Shown: positions 56,800-64,000 of the stretch, in pieces
Layout: each line of letters begins with the position of its first letter
Position numbering within the stretch: the first letter of the stretch is position 1
From: Eledone cirrhosa
Taxonomy: Eukaryota
Length of the DNA stretch: 64,000 nucleotides
Direction: 5' to 3'
Assembly (NCBI GenBank): GCA_964016885.1
Contig: OZ024740.1
Coordinates: 22,320,001 to 22,384,000, forward strand
Program-made: the position numbers and the translations under genes
The notes under the pieces: generated by a model
What the model saw: the letters and a program-made list of their open reading frames with translations, nothing else
What the model was told of the DNA's origin: nothing
Database searches by the model: none

Positions 56800-59700
56800 T
56801 CACGTCCACTTAAACACGTTTGAATGAAATGTCTTATCCTTGTCACCTCCCTTAAATACTTTTGACTAAACTGTCTTATCCTTGTCACTTCCAGGTAAAC
56901 ACTTTTGACTAAACTGCCTTATCCTTGTCACCTCCACTTAAACAATTTTGACTAAGCTGTTTTATCCTTGTCACCTCCACTTAAACACATTTGACTGATC
57001 TGTCTTTTCCTTGTCACCTCCACTTAAACACTTTTGACTGAACTGTCTTATCCATGTCACCTCCACTTAAACACTTTTGACTGAACTGTCTCATCGTTGT
57101 CACCTACACTTAAACACTTTGGACTAAACTGTCTTATCCTTGTCAACTCCACTTAAACACTTTTGACTGAACTGTCTCATCGTTGTCACCTACACTTAAA
57201 CACTTTGGACTAAACTGTCTTATCCTTGTCAACTCCACTTAAACACTTTTGACTGAAATATCTTATCGTTGTAACATCCACTTAAACACTTTTGACTAAA
57301 CTGTATTATCCTTGTCATTTCCACTTAAACACTTTTGACTGAACTATCTTATCGTTGTCACCTCCACTTAAACACTTTTGACTAAACTGTCTTATCCTTG
57401 TCAACTCCACTTAAACACTTTTGACTGAACTGTCTTATCGTTGTCACCTCCACTTAAACACTTTTGACTGAACTGTTTTATCCTTGTCACCTCCACTTAA
57501 ACACTTTTGACTGAATTGTCTTATCGCTGTCCCATCCACTTAATCACTTTTGACTGAACTCTCTTATCCTTGTCACCTCCACTTAAACACTTTTGACTAA
57601 ACTGTCTTATCCTTGTCACCTCCACTTAAACACTTTTGACTAAACTGTCTTATCCTTGTCACCTCCACTTAAACACTTTTGACTGAACTGTCTTATCCTT
57701 GTCACCTCCACTTAAACACTTTTGACTAAACTGTCTTAACGTTGTCACCTCCATTTAAACACTTTTGACTAAACTGTCTTATCCTTGTCACCTCCACTTA
57801 AACACGTTTGACTAAACTTTCCTATCCTTGTCACCTCCACTTAAACACTTTTGACCGAACTGTCTTATCCGTGTCACCTCCACTTAAACACTTTTGACTA
57901 AACTGTCTTATCCTTGTCACCTCCACTTAAACACTTTTGACTAAACTGTCTTATCCTTGTCACCTCCACTTAAACACTTTTGACTGAACTGTCTTATCCT
58001 TGTCACCTCCACTTAAACACTTTTGACTAAACTGTCTTAACGTTGTCACCTCCACTTAAACACTTTGGACGAAACTGTCTTATCCTTGTCACCTCCACTT
58101 AAACACGTTTGACTAAACTTTCCTATCCTTGTCACCTCCACTTAAACACTTTTGACTGAAATGTCTTTTCCTTGTCACCTCCACTTAAACACGTTTGACT
58201 AAACTGTCTTATCCTTGTCACATCCACTTAATCACTTTTGACTGAACTGTCTTATCCTTGACACCTCCACTTAAACACTTTTTACTGAACTGTCTTATCC
58301 TTGTCACCTACACTTAAACACTTTGGACGAAACTGTCTTATCTTTGTCACGTCCACTTAAACACTTTTGAGTGAACTGTCTTATCCTTGTCACCTCCACT
58401 TAAACGCTTTTGACTGAAATGTCTTATCGTTGTAACATCCACTTAAACACTTTTGAATAAACTGCCTTATCCTTGTCAACTCCACTTAAACACTTTTGAC
58501 TGAACTGTCTTACCGTTGTCACCTCCACTTAAACACTTTTGACTGAACTGTGTTATCCTTGTCACCTCCACTTAAACACTTTTGACTGAATTGTTTTATC
58601 GCTGTCCCATCCACTTAAACACTTTTGACTAAACTATCTTATCCTTGTCAACTCCACTTGAACACTTTTGACTAAACTGTCTTATCCTTGTCAACTCCAA
58701 TTAAACACTTTTGACTAAACTGTCTTATCCTTGTCACCTCCACTTAAACACTTTTGACTAAACTGTCTTATCCTTGTCAACTCCACTTAAACACTTTTGA
58801 CTGAACTGTCTTATCGTTGTCACCTCCACTTAAAAAACTTTTGACTGAACTGTTTTATCCTTGTCACCTCCACTTAAACACTTTTGACTGAACTGTCTTA
58901 TCGTTGTCACCTCCACTTAAACACTTTTGACTAAACTCTCTTATCCTTGTCACCTCCACTTAATCACTTTTGACTGAACTGTCTTATCCTTGACACCTCC
59001 ACTTAAACACTTTTTACTGAACTGTCTCATCCTTGTCACCTACACTTAAACACTTTGAACTAAACTGTCTTATCCTTGTCACGTCCACTTAAACACTTTT
59101 GAGTGAACTGTCTTATCCTTGTCACGTCCACTTAAACACGTTTGAATGAAATGTCTTATCCTTGTCACCTCCCTTAAATACTTTTGACTAAACTGTCTTA
59201 TCCTTGTCACTTCCAGGTAAACACTTTTGACTAAACTGCCTTATCCTTGTCACCTCCACTTAAACAATTTTGACTAAGCTGTTTTATCCTTGTCACCTCC
59301 ACTTAAACACGTTTGACTGATCTGTCTTTTCCTTGTCACCTCCACTTAAACACTTTTGACTGAACTGTCTTATCATTGTCACCTCCACTTATACACTTTT
59401 GACTGAACTGTCTTATCCATGTCACCTCCACTTAAACACTTTTGACTGAACTGTCTCATCGTTGTCACCTACACTTAAACACTTTGGACTAAACTGTCTT
59501 ATCCTTGTCAACTCCACTTAAACACTTTTGACTGAAATATCTTATCGTTGTAACATCCATTTAAACACTTTTGACTAAACTGTATTATCCTTGTCATTTC
59601 CACTTAAACACTTTTGACTGAACTATCTTATCGTTGTCACCTCCACTTAAACACTTTTGACTGAACTGTTTTATCCTTGTCACCTCCACTTAAACACTTT

Positions 59701-62700
59701 TGACTGAATTGTCTTATCGCTGTCCCATCCACTTAATCACTTTTGACTGAACTCTCTTATCCTTGTCACCTCCACTTAAACACTTTTGACTAAACTGTCT
59801 TATCCTTGTCACCTCCACTTAAACACTTTTGACTAAACTGTCTTATCCTTGTCACCTCCACTTAAACACTTTTGACTGAACTGTCTTATCCTTGTCACCT
59901 CCACTTAAACACTTTTGACTAAACTGTCTTAACGTTGTCACCTCCATTTAAACACTTTTGACTAAACTGTCTTATCCTTGTCACCTCCACTTAAACACGT
60001 TTGACTAAACTTTCTATCCTTGTCACCTCCACTTAAACACTTTTGACCGAACTGTCTTATCCGTGTCACCTCCACTTAAACACTTTTGACTAAACTGTCT
60101 TATCCTTGTCACCTCCACTTAAACACTTTTGACTAAACTGTCTTATCCTTGTCACCTCCACTTAAACACTTTTGACTGAACTGTCTTATCCTTGTCACCT
60201 CCACTTAAACACTTTTGACTAAACTGTCTTAACGTTGTCACCTCCACTTAAACACTTTTGACTAAACTGTCTTATCCTTGTCACCTCCACTTAAACACGT
60301 TTGACTAAACTTTCCTATCCTTGTCACCTCCACTTAAACACTTTTGACTGAAATGTCTTTTCCTTGTCACCTCCACTTAAACACGTTTGACTAAACTGTC
60401 TTATCCTTGTCACATCCACTTAATCACTTTTGAGTGAACTGTCTTATCCTTGACACCTCCACTTAAACACTTTTTACTGAACTGTCTTATCCTTGTCACC
60501 TACACTTAAACACTTTGGACGAAACTGTCTTATCCTTGTCACGTCCACTTAAACACTTTTGAGTGAACTGTCTTATCCTTGTCACCTCCACTTAAACGCT
60601 TTTGACTGAAATGTCTTATCGTTGTAACATCCACTTAAACACTTTTGAATAAACTGCCTTATCCTTGTCAACTCCACTTAAACACTTTTGACTGAACTGT
60701 CTTACCGTTGTCACCTCCACTTAAACACTTTTGACTGAACTGTGTTATCCTTGTCACCTCCACTTAAACACTTTTGACTGAATTGTCTTATCGCTGTCCC
60801 ATCCACTTAAACACTTTTGACTAAACTGTCTTATCCTTGTCAACTCCACTTGAACACTTTTGACTAAACTGTCTTATCCTTGTCAACTCCAATTAAACAC
60901 TTTTGACTAAACTGTCTTATCCTTGTCACCTCCACTTAAACACTTTTGACTAAACTGTCTTATCCTTGTCAACTCCACTTAAACACTTTTGACTGAACTG
61001 TCTTATCGTTGTCACCTCCACTTAAAAAACTTTTGACTGAACTGTTTTATCCTTGTCACCTCCACTTAAACACTTTTGACTGAACTGTCTTATCGTTGTC
61101 ACCTCCACTTAAACACTTTTGACTAAACTCTCTTATCCTTGTCACCTCCACTTAATCACTTTTGACTGAACTGTCTTATCCTTGACACCTCCACTTAAAC
61201 ACTTTTTACTGAACTGTCTTATCCTTGTCACCTACACTTAAACACTTTGAACTAAACTGTCTTATCCTTGTCACGTCCACTTAAACACTTTTGAGTGAAC
61301 TGTCTTATCCTTGTCACGTCCACTTAAACACGTTTGAATGAAATGTCTTATCCTTGTCACCTCCCTTAAATACTTTTGACTAAACTGTCTTATCCTTGTC
61401 ACCTCCACTTAAACAATTTTGACTAAACTGTTTTATCCTTGTCACCTCCACTTAAACACGTTTGACTGATCTGTCTTATCCTTGTCACCTCCACTTAAAT
61501 ACTTTTGACTGAACTGTCTTATCATTGTCACCTCCACTTATACACTTTTGACTGAACTGTCTTATCCATGTCACCTCCACTTAAACACTTTTGACTGAAC
61601 TGTCTCATCGTTGTCACCTACACTTAAACACTTTGGACTAAACTGTCTTATCCTTGTCAACTCCACTTAAACACTTTTGACTGAAATATCTTATCGTTGT
61701 AACATCCACTTAAACACTTTTGACTAAACTGTATTATCCTTGTCATTTCCACTTAAACACTTTTGACTGAACTATCTTATCGTTGTCACCTCCACTTAAA
61801 CACTTTTGACTAAACTGTCTTATCCGTGTCAACTCCACTTAAACACTTTTGACTGAACTGTCTTATCGTTGTCACCTCCACTTAACCACTTTTGACTGAA
61901 CTGTCTTATCCTTGTCACCTCCACTTTAACACTTTTGACTGAATTGTCTTATCGCTGTCCCGTCCACTTAAACACTTTTGACTAAACTGTCTTATCCTTG
62001 TCAACTCCACTTAAACACTTTTGACTAAACTGTCTTATCCTTGTCAACTCCAATTAAACACTTTTGACTAAACTGTCTTATCCTTGTCACCTCCACTTAA
62101 ACACTTTTGACTAAACTGTCTTAACGTTGTCACCTCCATTTAAACACTTTTGACTAAACTGTCTTATCCTTGTCACCTCCACTTAAATACGTTTGACTAA
62201 ACTTTCCTATCCTTGTCACCTCCACTTAAACACTTTTGACCGAACTGTCTTATCCGTGTCACCTCCACTTAAACACTTTTGACTAAACTGTCTTATCCTT
62301 GTCACCTCCACTTAAACACTTTTGACTAAACTGTCTTATCCTTGTCACCTCCACTTAAACACTTTTGACTGAACTGTCCTATCCTTGTCACCTCCACTTA
62401 AACACTTTTGACTAAACTGTCTTAACGTTGTCACCTCCACTTAAACACTTTTGACTAAACTGTCTTATCCTTGTCACCTCCACTTAAACACGTTTGACTA
62501 AACTTTCCTATCCTTGTCACCTCCACTTAAACACTTTTGACTGAAATGTCTTTTCCTTGTCACCTCCACTTAAACACGTTTGACTAAACTGTCTTATCCT
62601 TGTCAACTCCACTTAATCACTTTTGACTGAACTGTCTTATCCTTGACACCTCCACTTAAACACTTTTTACTGAACTGTCTTATCCTTGTCACCTACACTT

Positions 62701-63450
62701 AAACACTTTGGACGAAACTGTCTTATCCTTGTCACGTCCACTTAAACACTTTTGAGTGAACTGTCTTATCCTTGTCACCTCCACTTAAACGCTTTTGACT
62801 GAAATGTCTTATCGTTGTAACATCCACTTAAACACTTTTGAATAAACTGCCTTATCCTTGTCAACTCCACTTAAACACTTTTGACTAAACTGTCGTATAC
62901 TTGTCACCACCACTTAAACACTTTTGACTGAACTGTCTTATCGTTGTCACCTCCACTTAAACACTTTTGACTGAACTGTGTTATCCTTGTCACCTCCACT
63001 TAAACACTTTTGACTGAATTGTCTTATCGCTGTCCCATCCACTTAAACACTTTTGACTAAACTGTCTTATCCTTGTCAACTCCACTTGAACACGTTTGAC
63101 TAAACTGTCTTATCCTTGTCAACTCCAATTAAACACTTTTGACTAAACTGTCTTATCCTTGTCACCTCCACTTAAACACTTTTGACTAAACTGTCTTATC
63201 CTTGTCAACTCCACTTAAACACTTTTGACTGAACTGTCTTATCGTTGTTACCTCCACTTAAAACACTTTTGACTGAACTGTTTTATCCTTGTCACCTCCA
63301 CTTAAACACTTTTAACTGAACTGTCTTATCGTTGTCACCTCCACTTAAACACTTTTGACTGAACTGTCTTATCCTTGACACCTACACTTAAACACTTTGA
63401 ACTAAACTGTCTTATCCTTGTCACGTCCACTTAAACACTTTTGAGTGAAC
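56800..63450. repeat. About 2.2-2.3 kb (51-54 monomer) higher-order repeat, about 3 copies
   Basis: tgaatgaaat at 56821, 59143 and 61335; actccacttgaa at 58651, 60843 and 63079. Confidence 0.82.
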
Positions 63451-64000
63451 TGTCTTATCCTTGTCACCTCCACTTAAACACTTTTGACTGAAATGTCTTA
63501 TCGTTGTAACATCCACTTAAACACTTTTGAATAAACTGTCTTATCCTTGTCACCTCCACGTAAACACTTCTGACTGAACTGTCTTATCGTTGTCACCTCC
63601 ACTTAAACACTTTTGACTAAACTGTCTTATCCTTGTCAACTCCATTTAAACACTTTTGACTGAACTGTCTTCTCGTTGTCACCACCACTTAAACACTTTT
63701 GACTAAACTGTCTTATCCTTGTCAACTCCACTTAAACACTTTTGACTGAATTGTCTTATCGTTGTCACTTCCACTTAAACACGTTTGACTGAACTGTTTT
63801 ATCCTTCTCACCTCCACTTAAACACTTTTGACTGAATTGTCTTATCGCTGTCCCATCCACTTAAACACTTTTGACTAAACTGGCTTATCCTTGTCAACTC
63901 CAATTAAACACTTTTGACTGAACTGTCTTATCGTTGTCACCTCCACTTAAACACTTTTGACTAAACTGTATTATCCTTATCACCTCCACTTAAACACTTT

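Larger units (their letters stand above)
10677..64000. repeat. 43-bp tandem satellite DNA array, about 1,240 monomers, continuing past the window end
   Basis: actgtc starts at 10681 and 10724 (period 43). Consensus ACTGTCTTATC(C/G)TTGTCACCTCCACTTAAACACTTTTGACT(A/G)A. Single orientation, no foreign insertion seen, and no ORF of 60 aa or more in the track. Confidence 0.99.

Noticed and set aside
10677-64000. CRISPR array or other spacer-bearing repeat
   Set aside because: Units are contiguous 43-mers with no unique spacers, no cas genes are present, and the context is eukaryotic.
10677-64000. Coding tandem repeat
   Set aside because: The period is not a multiple of 3, stop codons (TAA/TGA) are frequent, and the ORF track shows nothing here.

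Overview
Eukaryotic (animal, repeat-dominated) DNA. The microsatellite load and the SINE-like sequences resemble octopus/cephalopod genomes, from recall only. No intact host gene is supportable. Positions 1-10676 hold: microsatellites; a tRNA-type SINE with a candidate target-site duplication; two decayed, 5'-truncated, head-to-tail restriction-like-endonuclease (R4/Dong-type) non-LTR retrotransposons, each bounded by (ACAT)n tracts; and about 6 kb of triplet-based mini/microsatellites whose strand polarity flips twice. From about 10677 to the window end (>53 kb, about 1,240 copies) runs an uninterrupted head-to-tail 43-bp satellite, consensus ACTGTCTTATCCTTGTCACCTCCACTTAAACACTTTTGACTRA. Diagnostic variant monomers reveal layered higher-order structure at offsets of 172, 430, 1634, ~3693, 7317, 3483 and ~2200-2300 bp. 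All offsets were read by eye from marker variants and need computational confirmation.
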